A DNA stretch of 17,690 bases from Candidatus Thorarchaeota archaeon (GCA_003345595.1 PRDI01000008.1:1-17690), one strand, 5' to 3'. Shown: positions 8,157-16,680, numbered from the stretch's first letter. Made by a program: numbers and translations. The notes: generated by a model not told the origin, from the sequence alone.

Positions 8157-10169
8157 TTACTGGTCTGCAAGTAGCTCCTTGGCTCGCTGGGAGATATTGT
8201 CTGCCGAGAAGCCGTACCGTTCAAAGACAACTTGGGACGGCGCAGATGCACCGAATCTCTCAATAGAAACGAAGGCTCCCTTATCGCCAGTCCATCGTGC
8301 CCATCCTTGTGAAACGCCGGCTTCAACAGCGAGCCGCGCAGTGATACTGGGCAGCAGTACTGAGTCACGATAGTCCTTGTCTTGAGCAGCGAAGAGCTCC
8401 CAGCTAGGAAAAGAAATCACTCTCGCTCCGATTCCTTCGGACGCCAGCTTCTCTGCCGCCTTCAAAGTCGGGCTCACCTCGGATCCTGATGCCATTAGGA
8501 TGACATCTGGTGGATAGCCGCGTAGGTCGGTTAGAACGTATGCACCACGCTTCAGGCCACTTGCCGCGGTGACCGTTCGTCGATCTAGGACTGGCAGGTT
8601 CTGACGCGAGAGCACCAGGACGGTCGGGCCATCTCTGCGAGCGATGGCAATTTTCCAGGCCTCAGTCACCTCATTTGCGTCTGCGGGTCGGATCACCACA
8701 ACGTTCGGGATTGCCCGGAGCGCAGCGAGATGCTCGACCGGCTGATGAGTTGGACCGTCTTCTCCGAGACCTATGCTGTCATGCGTGTAGAGCCAGATGC
8801 TCGGATATCTCGAAACAGCGGACAGCCGAATTGCTGGCCGCATGTAATCTGAAAAGACCAAGAAAGTGCCGCAGAAGGGGATGATGCCGCCATGAACAGC
8901 GATGCCATTCATGATTGCTCCCATCGCATGTTCGCGGACGCCGAAGTGGAGGTTCCGCCCCAGTGGGGCATCCCTCTGAAACGCAGGGCCTCCGTCAATC
9001 CAAGTCTTGTTGGAGGTTGTAAGATCTGCTGAGCCCCCCATCATCTCAGGGAGTCGCCCCGCGAGTACATTGATTACCTTGCCGGATGCGGCTCGAGTCG
9101 CCATTCCCTTTGGGTCAGCTGAGAAGGATGGCAGGTCTGAGTCCCAGCCTGTCTTCAGTTTCCCTGCAAGACGACGTTCGAGTTCCACTGCTTGGTCAGG
9201 GTACGCCTGACGATAACGCTCCATGCGCCCCTTCCATTCCGACTCCAATTTCCTTCCTCGACCTAGTGCTTCACGGAAGTGCTTGAGGACGTCGTCAGGT
9301 ATGTAGAACCTAGGTTCGAGTGGCCAACCAAGCTTGAGCTTGGCTCCATTCAGTTCCTCCTCTCCGGGCGGCTCACCGTGTGCCTCTGCAGTGTCTTGCT
9401 TCTTCGGCAACCCATATCCTATGTGAGTCCTACAGATTATCAACGAAGGACGAGGATCCTCTTTTGCTTTCTTGATTGCATTGTCGACAGCATCGACATC
9501 ATTTCCATCCTGAACAGCCTGCACATGCCAGCCTTGGGCCTCGAAGCGGGCCTTTCGGTCTTCTGTGAATGTTAGGTCTGTGCTGCCATCAATGGAGATG
9601 CGGTTGTCATCATAGAGCACAATCAGCTTGCCTAGGCGTAGATGTCCCGCAAGGGAGGAGGTTTCGTATGACAGCCCCTCCATCAGGTCACCGTCCGTCG
9701 CTATGACATACGTGTAATGGTCAACGACTTTGTGACCCGCACGATTGAATTCTGCCTCTAGATGTGTCTCAGCGATTGCCATGCCGACAGCATTGCCGAA
9801 ACCTTGGCCTAGCGGTCCTGTTGTGACCTCAACCCCTGGCGTCAGTCCTCTCTCGGGGTGGCCTGGAGTCCGCGATTTCCATTGGCGGAAAGCCTTCAGT
9901 TCTTCGAGTGGCAACTCATAGCCTGTGAGATGCAGGAGGGCGTAGAGGAGCATGGAACCGTGTCCGCCTGAAAGCACAAACCTGTCTCTATCTGGCCAAG
10001 CTGGGTTCTGAGGGTTGAAGCGTAGATGTCGTGTCCAAAGAGCATAGGCCATTGCAGCTGTGCCCATGGGCATTCCAGGGTGACCTGAGTTTGCAGTCTG
10101 TACAGCATCTGCTGCTAGGAACCGTATTGTGTTGATGGCCTTGTCCTGAATAGTGGATGTGGATGACAT
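8157..10169 (-). CDS. tkt: Transketolase (single-chain, bacterial type)
   Basis: 670 aa; [30 protein letters not shown], ThDP motif DGDLMEG...[28 protein letters not shown]. Confidence 0.98.
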   Translation of the reverse strand: MSSTSTIQDKAINTIRFLAADAVQTANSGHPGMPMGTAAMAYALWTRHLRFNPQNPAWPDRDRFVLSGGHGSMLLYALLHLTGYELPLEELKAFRQWKSRTPGHPERGLTPGVEVTTGPLGQGFGNAVGMAIAETHLEAEFNRAGHKVVDHYTYVIATDGDLMEGLSYETSSLAGHLRLGKLIVLYDDNRISIDGSTDLTFTEDRKARFEAQGWHVQAVQDGNDVDAVDNAIKKAKEDPRPSLIICRTHIGYGLPKKQDTAEAHGEPPGEEELNGAKLKLGWPLEPRFYIPDDVLKHFREALGRGRKLESEWKGRMERYRQAYPDQAVELERRLAGKLKTGWDSDLPSFSADPKGMATRAASGKVINVLAGRLPEMMGGSADLTTSNKTWIDGGPAFQRDAPLGRNLHFGVREHAMGAIMNGIAVHGGIIPFCGTFLVFSDYMRPAIRLSAVSRYPSIWLYTHDSIGLGEDGPTHQPVEHLAALRAIPNVVVIRPADANEVTEAWKIAIARRDGPTVLVLSRQNLPVLDRRTVTAASGLKRGAYVLTDLRGYPPDVILMASGSEVSPTLKAAEKLASEGIGARVISFPSWELFAAQDKDYRDSVLLPSITARLAVEAGVSQGWARWTGDKGAFVSIERFGASAPSQVVFERYGFSADNISQRAKELLADQ

Positions 10170-10384
10170 GAGAGGTATCCTTCATGCATTCTCTGACAGA
10201 GCACTGGATTGTTGTCCGGGCGTGGAAAAATGCTGCTTTTGGTTGTTGCGTTTTTCAGTTAATCTCCACCTGTAATCCGTTCGCATCCGTGCGCACTGCT
10301 TGCGAGGTTAGTTGCCGGCTAGGCAGTAGATGAACGGCAGAAACTGGTCCAGTTCTGTCCTAGGGGTAGTGAGATCTAGGTGCT

Positions 10385-10846
10385 CTATTCGCGCTTCTCC
10401 ATCTTCAAGGTCTGTTCGAGATACTCGATGTTGTCAAACCCTTTCTTGGATTTCCGACTTTGTTCTCTCATCCATTTCTCATAGCCTGTTTCCTTGATTC
10501 TCGCGTAGTTGTCATCGATTCTGTACGTCTGCTTCTGGTAGATGAGCTTCTGACAGGACGGAAAACTGGCACACGAGTAGCAGTTGTCCTTCCCGCGTCC
10601 CGAACAGCACTCCTTTACCTCGCAGTGGGGCATACCACCTCCACTAGGACAACCCCTACAGCCAGAGGACATGAACCATCCTAGGCCTTTCATGAGGTTA
10701 TCGAGGTCGAACTCGTTCGTCACATTGTGTATCCACTGTGCGTAGCCGTAGGCGTCGATGAATCTCTTGAGGTCCTTGGCCAATTCGGGCACCCGTTCCC
10801 GCATGGCGCAGTGATCACAACAGACGCCGCAATAAGCTATTGTCAC
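10385..10846 (-). CDS. DUF3795-like cysteine-rich metal-binding protein
   Basis: AYCGVCCDHC...CRGC...CEVKECC...NCYSCASFPSC pattern typical of DUF3795; GTG start preceded by AGAGGA. Confidence 0.8.
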   Translation of the reverse strand: MTIAYCGVCCDHCAMRERVPELAKDLKRFIDAYGYAQWIHNVTNEFDLDNLMKGLGWFMSSGCRGCPSGGGMPHCEVKECCSGRGKDNCYSCASFPSCQKLIYQKQTYRIDDNYARIKETGYEKWMREQSRKSKKGFDNIEYLEQTLKMEKRE

Positions 10847-11091
10847 GTCAGTCCTCTGAGTAATGATGTTCTCACCTCATTGTGCTAACGGTGCAGCTAC
10901 GGTATTGAAACCAGAAAGACCTGTCGTGAAAATCATGCGAGTTCTCTCGTCTTTCATAGAGAATCGCGACCTGCATCAAGCTGCGTGCGAAACAACTCTG
11001 CCGGGATTCTCCGCTTCAAACCAGTGGCTCAAGAACAACAGGCATTGGCGATAATGAGGCTTTAAGAGGCACGGCATAAACTCTTGCGAAC

Positions 11092-11754
11092 ATGCTTGAC
11101 AGACTCGTCCTTCTCATAGGGATACTTGGCGCATGGATTGTTTCTGGCGCGATCACAGCCGTATTGAGAAGGAAAAGAGGGCATCGTCTGCCACCAGGCT
11201 CCATCGTGCTTGAGCAGCCGGAATCGGGGGTAGTGCACCGTGCACCAGGCATGAGATGGTCCAAGTTTGGTGTCACACTGGCCATGGGGGGCAACATGGT
11301 ATTTGTCTTTGCAGTCGTCGGAGGGCTTCTCTTCGACCCTCTGCAGAACGCACTCTTGAACGTGACATGGGACCTTCCTTGGTACGTCAACGTCATCGGG
11401 CTGGTTGGCATCTGGTGCCATCTTGTCATGGGTGTGGGTGTCTACTACTACAATGTTAACTACACACCATTATACAAACCAATGCCGGAAACCTATGTGC
11501 TTGCCACAGGTGGACCTTACAAACTAGTGAGGCATCCAATGTATGTATCATACCTTGCAGAAACTCTCTTCATCTTCTTGACAACAGGGATCTGGCTGAT
11601 TGCAGTCACAGCAATCGGTTGGGTTTCTCTCCCGCATCAGGTTCGCGAGGAAGAGGATGAGCTGGGTGTGTTGTTCGGTGAGGCATATAGTCAGTATGCC
11701 GCCATGACAGGCAGGTTGCTTCCAAGGTTTAGTGAGTTCAAAAGGCAGCAGTGA
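11092..11754 (+). CDS. Isoprenylcysteine carboxyl methyltransferase / PEMT (Ste14-like) family membrane methyltransferase
   Basis: Hydrophobic helices plus LATGGPYKLVRHPMY and EEDELGVLFGEAYSQY...GRLLP motifs. TATA-like TTTAAG at 11061-11066 suggests a short or absent leader. Confidence 0.88.
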   Translation: MLDRLVLLIGILGAWIVSGAITAVLRRKRGHRLPPGSIVLEQPESGVVHRAPGMRWSKFGVTLAMGGNMVFVFAVVGGLLFDPLQNALLNVTWDLPWYVNVIGLVGIWCHLVMGVGVYYYNVNYTPLYKPMPETYVLATGGPYKLVRHPMYVSYLAETLFIFLTTGIWLIAVTAIGWVSLPHQVREEEDELGVLFGEAYSQYAAMTGRLLPRFSEFKRQQ

Positions 11755-11782
11755 TCCTGGATCTCGTGGTCGCGAATTGGGA

Positions 11783-12364
11783 CTATGGCTCCCCAATCTT
11801 GGAACCTGGGGGGTACTCCTTCATGAAGTCGCTCTTCAGTATGTCCATGATCACAGTGTCACGGAACTCGCCTTCCACGAACAACGCTTGCCTAAGGACG
11901 CCCACTCTCTTGAAGTGGTTCTTCTCGTAGACATGTAGAGCACGTGAGTTGTGAGCCAGAGCGTGCAGGTAGATGGCATTTAGACCGAGAACATGGAAGC
12001 CGACCCACAGCATCACTCGTGTCGCATCTGTTCCATATCCCTTCCCGAAGTTCTTTGGGTCATGTATCGCGATCCCAAACTCCGCTCTCCTGTCCTGCCT
12101 AGAGATTGAATGGAGGCCGGTAGTGCCAAGGAACTCGCTTGTCTTTTTGTTCTCGATGGCGAGCACCATGTTTCCGTCTCTCCAAGGGTCGAACTTTGTC
12201 GCGCGGTCTAGCCATTCTCTCTCAGCATTCTCTGACATGGGCAGCATGGATGCAAGGAAGCGGCGCATCTCGAAGTTGTTCCAGCCTTTCATTATGTTGG
12301 CAAGGTCGGTCATCTCAAGGGCCCGAAGTCGAACGATCTGGCCAGAATACATGGCCCAACCCAT
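11783..12364 (-). CDS. GNAT family N-acetyltransferase (RimJ/RimL-like)
   Basis: VRLRALE, RRAEFGIAI, acetyl-CoA motif NFGKGYGT, NSRALHVYEKNHFKRVG. Start ATG 12364 or 12352. Confidence 0.92.
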   Translation of the reverse strand: MGWAMYSGQIVRLRALEMTDLANIMKGWNNFEMRRFLASMLPMSENAEREWLDRATKFDPWRDGNMVLAIENKKTSEFLGTTGLHSISRQDRRAEFGIAIHDPKNFGKGYGTDATRVMLWVGFHVLGLNAIYLHALAHNSRALHVYEKNHFKRVGVLRQALFVEGEFRDTVIMDILKSDFMKEYPPGSKIGEP

Positions 12365-12779
12365 AGTGCAGCTTTCAGATAAGTATGTGCAAACTACAAT
12401 GATCCATGTTGGTTCTCAAGAGTATCGACTGACCGTCGATCCCACAGTAAAAACGTGGGAGTTCCGTATCGCGATTCAGTCGATTCCTCTTGCCTAGTCT
12501 ATGCTCTGACGAATGTCATGAAGGCATAGGCGAGTGCCTGAGTCGATTGCCTAGTCACCAGTTTCTTGCCGCAGAGCATTGGCAATTTCTGAGAGTTGCT
12601 TTCGTGTGCCATATTGATTCACAAGTAGTCATGAGCTGGTCACTTGATATGCTGGTTCTGATACTCAATGACCAGTTTAGTGACCACACAGTGGCCAGCG
12701 AGTATCGCTCTAGCGCAATTCGACAGACTAATCAAGACCGAGAGATGGACAAGTGTTTAGGACTGTTCGAGGTTGATCT

Positions 12780-13376
12780 GTGAGCCCACGGAGAGAGGTA
12801 TTTGAGAAACCCATAGTGAGAGTCACAATGGACAAGATACAGTTTCCAAGGATCTGTCCCGTGTGTGGCAGTCGGGCTACAAAGGCCCTTCGAGTGACTA
12901 CGATGCCTGGACGAAAGCAATACCTGCGACCCTCTTGGGACCCGATGAACATTCCCAGTGTCAGGAAACGGCTCGACATGACCCTTGGAAACCCGATGGC
13001 ACTCTTGGTCCCCGTATGTGAGGATCACTTCTATTCGAGCGACGACGACTGCCGATACAAGCTCCTCTGTCTGATATCTGATGGCATTCTAATGGCTATG
13101 TTGGCGTTCGCACTGATGATCATCGGCGGCGATCTATGGCAAGGACAAGCAAGCAGTTTCTGGGTCTATGCCGTCGTCACACTGGCTGTGGCATCATTCA
13201 TCATAACTGTAGTGGCGTTCCGGCCTCGGCCAATAGAAGCGGCAGTTCGGATAGTCGGTTTCGATCCGGGCCTGCAGAACATCTGGTTGGACTTCGCAAA
13301 CAGGAGCTATCAGGATGCATTCCTGAATGAGAATCCAATCTACTCTGAGCTGGTCAGCTGGATAATCAGGACTTAG
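12780..13376 (+). CDS. Hypothetical two-TM membrane protein with CxxC...CxxH putative Zn site
   Basis: GTG start after GAGGT; FPRICPVCG...VPVCEDH, two hydrophobic helices, then FANRSYQDAFLNEN. Confidence 0.75.
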   Translation: MSPRREVFEKPIVRVTMDKIQFPRICPVCGSRATKALRVTTMPGRKQYLRPSWDPMNIPSVRKRLDMTLGNPMALLVPVCEDHFYSSDDDCRYKLLCLISDGILMAMLAFALMIIGGDLWQGQASSFWVYAVVTLAVASFIITVVAFRPRPIEAAVRIVGFDPGLQNIWLDFANRSYQDAFLNENPIYSELVSWIIRT

Positions 13377-13522
13377 AACACCGCGCGCTGCTACAAGTCT
13401 ATCTGAACCAAGCATTGAGAAGTGGACTGGCCGCACTTGCTGAATAAGCCACCACAATGCCTTTGACCAAGGCTGGACATCGCTGCTAGTAGCCAATAGG
13501 TGAGAGAGGACTGAGCCAACAA

Positions 13523-13828
13523 ATGAAGGACGTAACCGTCACGGGGCTGATATCGAAGATCATGAACCGCTATGTGATTACTGCTGATGACGGCACACAG
13601 TACGAACTCTCAGCGATACACCCATGGGAAGCAGTCGCCCCCGACTTTGGTTCCGGCGTTTTTGCTGAGAGTCTCGGAAGGCGGATGACAGCAATGGGTG
13701 CTACTGACGGTCACACCATCTGGAAGGCTAGTCTGATGCCGCCCGAACCGGTTTCAGATAGCACGAAACCTGTATCGCATTCTGCCAAGCGTCCTACCAA
13801 GAAGAGGAGCCCAAGCCGCAAACAGTGA
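13523..13828 (+). CDS. Small hypothetical protein (beta-rich N-terminal domain, basic tail)
   Basis: ATG preceded by AGGTGAGAGAGG; fills the gap between neighbours and ends near a hairpin; Lys/Arg/Ser-rich C-terminus. Confidence 0.65.
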   Translation: MKDVTVTGLISKIMNRYVITADDGTQYELSAIHPWEAVAPDFGSGVFAESLGRRMTAMGATDGHTIWKASLMPPEPVSDSTKPVSHSAKRPTKKRSPSRKQ

Positions 13829-13854
13829 GTGTCAGCTATCGAACACGTGTCACG

Positions 13855-13891
13855 AAAAACAGAATCAAGGCCTGCCGCAGTGGGCAGGCCT
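13855..13891 (-). terminator. GC hairpin plus U-tract downstream of sor
   Basis: Perfect 9-bp stem AGGCCTGCC (13868-13876) / GGCAGGCCT (13883-13891), followed on - by TTCTGTTTTT; lies between convergent genes. Confidence 0.65.
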
Positions 13892-13911
13892 CATACAGTC
13901 TGGTGCAGGAA

Positions 13912-14304
13912 CTACTTGACTGCAACGTCCTTTTCGCTCTTCCAGAGACCGTGGATGTTACAGTAAGAAGTAGCCATGAGAGTTCCTGGTTTCGTTATCT
14001 TGAATGCAAATACTGCGAAGGGTTCAGTGTACAGCGGACCCGTGTTCGGGCCTTGAGTAGACTCTCCGTGTGTGTCGAAGGTGGCATAGCCCACCTCCAT
14101 CGGGAACTTCTCTCCATCAGCCCAGAAGAACAGGTCTAACCACTTTATGTGATGCTCGGTGACATTCGGGTGTGGAATCTGTTTTCCGACAGAAACGGTC
14201 ACCTTCACCACCTCTCCTTTCTTCACAACATCAGGAGCCTCTATCACGGGCACATGCTTTTCACTCTTCCAATCAGCAGTCTGCATCCATGTCTTGTCTG
14301 GCAT
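13912..14304 (-). CDS. sor: Superoxide reductase, 1Fe type (neelaredoxin)
   Basis: EKHVP, HPNVTEHHIKW and YCNIHGLW iron-site motifs; no desulforedoxin domain. Likely start ATG 14304 after GAGGT. Confidence 0.95.
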   Translation of the reverse strand: MPDKTWMQTADWKSEKHVPVIEAPDVVKKGEVVKVTVSVGKQIPHPNVTEHHIKWLDLFFWADGEKFPMEVGYATFDTHGESTQGPNTGPLYTEPFAVFAFKITKPGTLMATSYCNIHGLWKSEKDVAVK

Positions 14305-14419
14305 TCTTCCCAACCTCTATGTCACAATACAGGACATCCGTTGAGGTCTGTCCTCTATATTCACTATGTGCCAGCTGTTAAAACACTTCTCCTATGTTAC
14401 ATAATGGAAGGGCCTTGGA

Positions 14420-15913
14420 TCAGTCAGACAGCCGCTCAAGCTGATTCAGTGTCCACTTCCCGCGTTCTGACAGCTCATAGTATCTTCGGTATCTGCCATC
14501 GAAGGTTCGTTCAGACCGAGTACTAGCAATGAGGCCACTTGCCTTCAGTTCCACAAGGTGTTGGTACACACTCGGGATTCTGAGTCTGACTCCATGGTCC
14601 TCCTGAAGACCCTTCCAGATTTCGTATCCATAAGATTCACCCTTGGCCAGAATGTGTAGTATATGCACCTTGGTCTTTCCCAGATGGGTGGTGAATCGTC
14701 GATCCTCGACCTGACTGAGCAAGTTTTCAAGCTCGGTTCTGCCCTTGACCAGCGTTCTGGCAATCTCAGGGTATTTCAGTCCCATGCCTGTTATGACACA
14801 AACTACGCGGTCAGTCCGGCTTATCTCCTTAGACTCCATGAGTGCCCTCAATGCGGCAATCGACGTTGCTGATGAAGGTTCAGCGAACACTCCCTCTTGT
14901 CGTGCCAGATCACCCAACGCCTTCAGGATGTCCTTGTCGTGTACAGCTATCGCATGGCCCCTCGATTCACGTATGGCATTGAGGGCCATCCGTCCACAGG
15001 AAGGTTTCTTCACACTGATGTCGAGCGAAAGTGTTGACACCGTTGCACATGGGCTGACTTCGTCTGCATTGCTGTCAAAGGCTTCCACGATTGGAGCACA
15101 GCCCTTCGCCTGCACACCCACAAGCTTCGTCTTGTTGGTTTCAAGGAGGCCAACCTGATTGAGTTCGCGTAGTCCTTTCCATATCATTGAAAGATGACCT
15201 CCATTCCCCATCGGGACTATGATCCAGTCTGGTCCGGTCCATTGAAGCTGTTCGCACACCTCATAGACCGTGGTCTTCACACCCTCAAGAAAATGTGGAC
15301 TGGATGGGCTGATGATGCGACTGTGAGATGATTCTTGGTTGGCTCTTGCTTCGGCCTCTTCATGGTCCCTGACCACTTCGACATCCGCCCCATATGCAAG
15401 AATCTGGTAGAACTTCCCGACGTCCACACCCCCTCTTTGTGGAATGAAGACTTTGCTGCTAAGTCCTGCTCTTGCGGCATAGGCGACAAGAGAAGCTGCC
15501 AGATTGCCAGTTGATCCGCAGCACATCGACTTGAACCCTCTCTCCTTTGCGACCGAAACCTCCACTGCGGTTCCCCTGTCGATGAATGCACCGGTAGGAT
15601 TGGTAGTTTCGTCCTTCAGGTACAGCTCCTGCATCCCGGTACTTCTTGCCAGTCCATCACACTTGTGAAGAAAGGTACCACCTTCCCCCAGAGAAACAAC
15701 AGTGTCAAGGTTCACGACTGGGAGAAGCTCAGAGTACTTCCAGATGCCCGGCAACCGCCGCGCAAGCTCAGTGCTTTTGAAACGCCTTCTCAGCTGACTG
15801 AGGTCATAGGTCACATTGAGCACGCCATCGCACACAGCGCAGATAGTGATTCGTTCATCTGACGGGTACTCATGGCCGCACTGAGTGCATTTGAGTGCAG
15901 TAACGAAGGACAT
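14420..15913 (-). CDS. Threonine-synthase-like fold-type II PLP domain lacking the catalytic Lys, fused to a C-terminal PadR-type winged HTH; predicted transcription regulator
   Basis: N-terminal Zn ribbon (CTQC...CAVC), SLGEGGT, NPTGAFIDRG (canonical NPTGSFKDRG), STGN, PMGNGG, EPSSA, TGMGLK. The last ~85 aa (ILHILAKGESYGYEI...SVYQHLVELKASGLI...RRYYELSERGK) match the PadR pattern. Confidence 0.9.
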   Translation of the reverse strand: MSFVTALKCTQCGHEYPSDERITICAVCDGVLNVTYDLSQLRRRFKSTELARRLPGIWKYSELLPVVNLDTVVSLGEGGTFLHKCDGLARSTGMQELYLKDETTNPTGAFIDRGTAVEVSVAKERGFKSMCCGSTGNLAASLVAYAARAGLSSKVFIPQRGGVDVGKFYQILAYGADVEVVRDHEEAEARANQESSHSRIISPSSPHFLEGVKTTVYEVCEQLQWTGPDWIIVPMGNGGHLSMIWKGLRELNQVGLLETNKTKLVGVQAKGCAPIVEAFDSNADEVSPCATVSTLSLDISVKKPSCGRMALNAIRESRGHAIAVHDKDILKALGDLARQEGVFAEPSSATSIAALRALMESKEISRTDRVVCVITGMGLKYPEIARTLVKGRTELENLLSQVEDRRFTTHLGKTKVHILHILAKGESYGYEIWKGLQEDHGVRLRIPSVYQHLVELKASGLIASTRSERTFDGRYRRYYELSERGKWTLNQLERLSD

Positions 15914-15919
15914 AGAATC

Positions 15920-15948
15920 TGCCTATATATAGGCACAGGCTTATATAT
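15920..15948. promoter_or_regulatory. Perfect 16-bp palindrome (candidate operator) next to a TATA box in a divergent promoter
   Basis: TGCCTATATATAGGCA at 15920-15935 is its own reverse complement; TTATATAT at 15941-15948. Confidence 0.7.
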
Positions 15949-16071
15949 CATCCTCCAGCGTGCGCTCGGTGCTGAAGGCACGATGGAGGTTCACTGTCGT
16001 GACATCTGTTCTGACAGTAGCTGCCGACAGGAATCTCGCCTTCGGCAGAACCCTCTTGGTGTTGGTCGGCC

Positions 16072-16680
16072 ATGATGAAGCAATCACGTGCCTTTGGACC
16101 CTACCCGGCGTTTTATGTCGCATTGCTGGCTGTGCTGACCGCGTTGACAACTGTTGCAACACTCATTCTAGCGATTCCATTTCCGACAACACAAGGGTAC
16201 TTCAACTTGGGGGATTCTCTAGTAATGATCAGCGGCTTCCTCCTAGGTCCACTTGGGGGTTTCGTCGCTGGGGGCGTTGGTTCGGCTATGGCCGACCTGA
16301 TTGCGGCGCCAACCTATGCACCCATAACTCTCCTGTCAAAGGGATTAGAAGGAGCACTGGTCGGACTCTTTAGTCGTCGCACTCGAAGGGATACGAAACT
16401 CGGTTGGTGGGACATTCTTGGTCTACTCCTTGGCGCTACTGCCATGTTGACCGGATACCTGTTCGGAGAAACCCTCGTACTCGGCTTCTCTTGGGAGGTG
16501 GCAGTCGTAGAGATGATTTCGATTAACTCAGTGCAGGTAATCAGCGGCGCAATCGTGACAGTGTTAGCGGGGCCTGTCATCAGGGAGTATCTAAGGGGAA
16601 CGACATACTGGCCCGGAGATGAGGGCGTCGGGACCATTGAGAATCTGCAGCATGATGATCAGTCTGTCAACAGTCTTTAG
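16072..16680 (+). CDS. ECF transporter S-component (COG4720; HmpT/PdxU-like)
   Basis: About 6 TM helices; AxxxA motif (LLAVLTAL), IPFPTTQGYFNLGD, LGPLGGFVAGGVGSAMADL, YAPITLLSKGLEGALVG. Substrate is inferred from the family, not shown. Confidence 0.9.
   Translation: MMKQSRAFGPYPAFYVALLAVLTALTTVATLILAIPFPTTQGYFNLGDSLVMISGFLLGPLGGFVAGGVGSAMADLIAAPTYAPITLLSKGLEGALVGLFSRRTRRDTKLGWWDILGLLLGATAMLTGYLFGETLVLGFSWEVAVVEMISINSVQVISGAIVTVLAGPVIREYLRGTTYWPGDEGVGTIENLQHDDQSVNSL

Noticed and set aside
12490-12783. 97-aa ORF in the intergenic region
   Set aside because: TTG start, no RBS and no recognisable motif; RNA-like structure explains the region better.
13868-13891. Iron-responsive-element-like CAGTG loop next to sor
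   Set aside because: The loop reads CAGUG only on the + strand, antisense to sor, and the bulged-C IRE geometry is missing; a terminator hairpin explains it.
14420-15913. Annotation as functional threonine synthase (thrC)
   Set aside because: The catalytic Lys is replaced by Ile and a DNA-binding domain is fused, so the gene symbol is withheld.
15952-16071. TPP or other known riboswitch, or SECIS element
   Set aside because: Consensus motifs were not found by eye, and no gene in the window needs an in-frame TGA.
15960-16373. 137-aa ORF overlapping the S-component out of frame
   Set aside because: Shadow ORF of a well-supported gene, with no family features.
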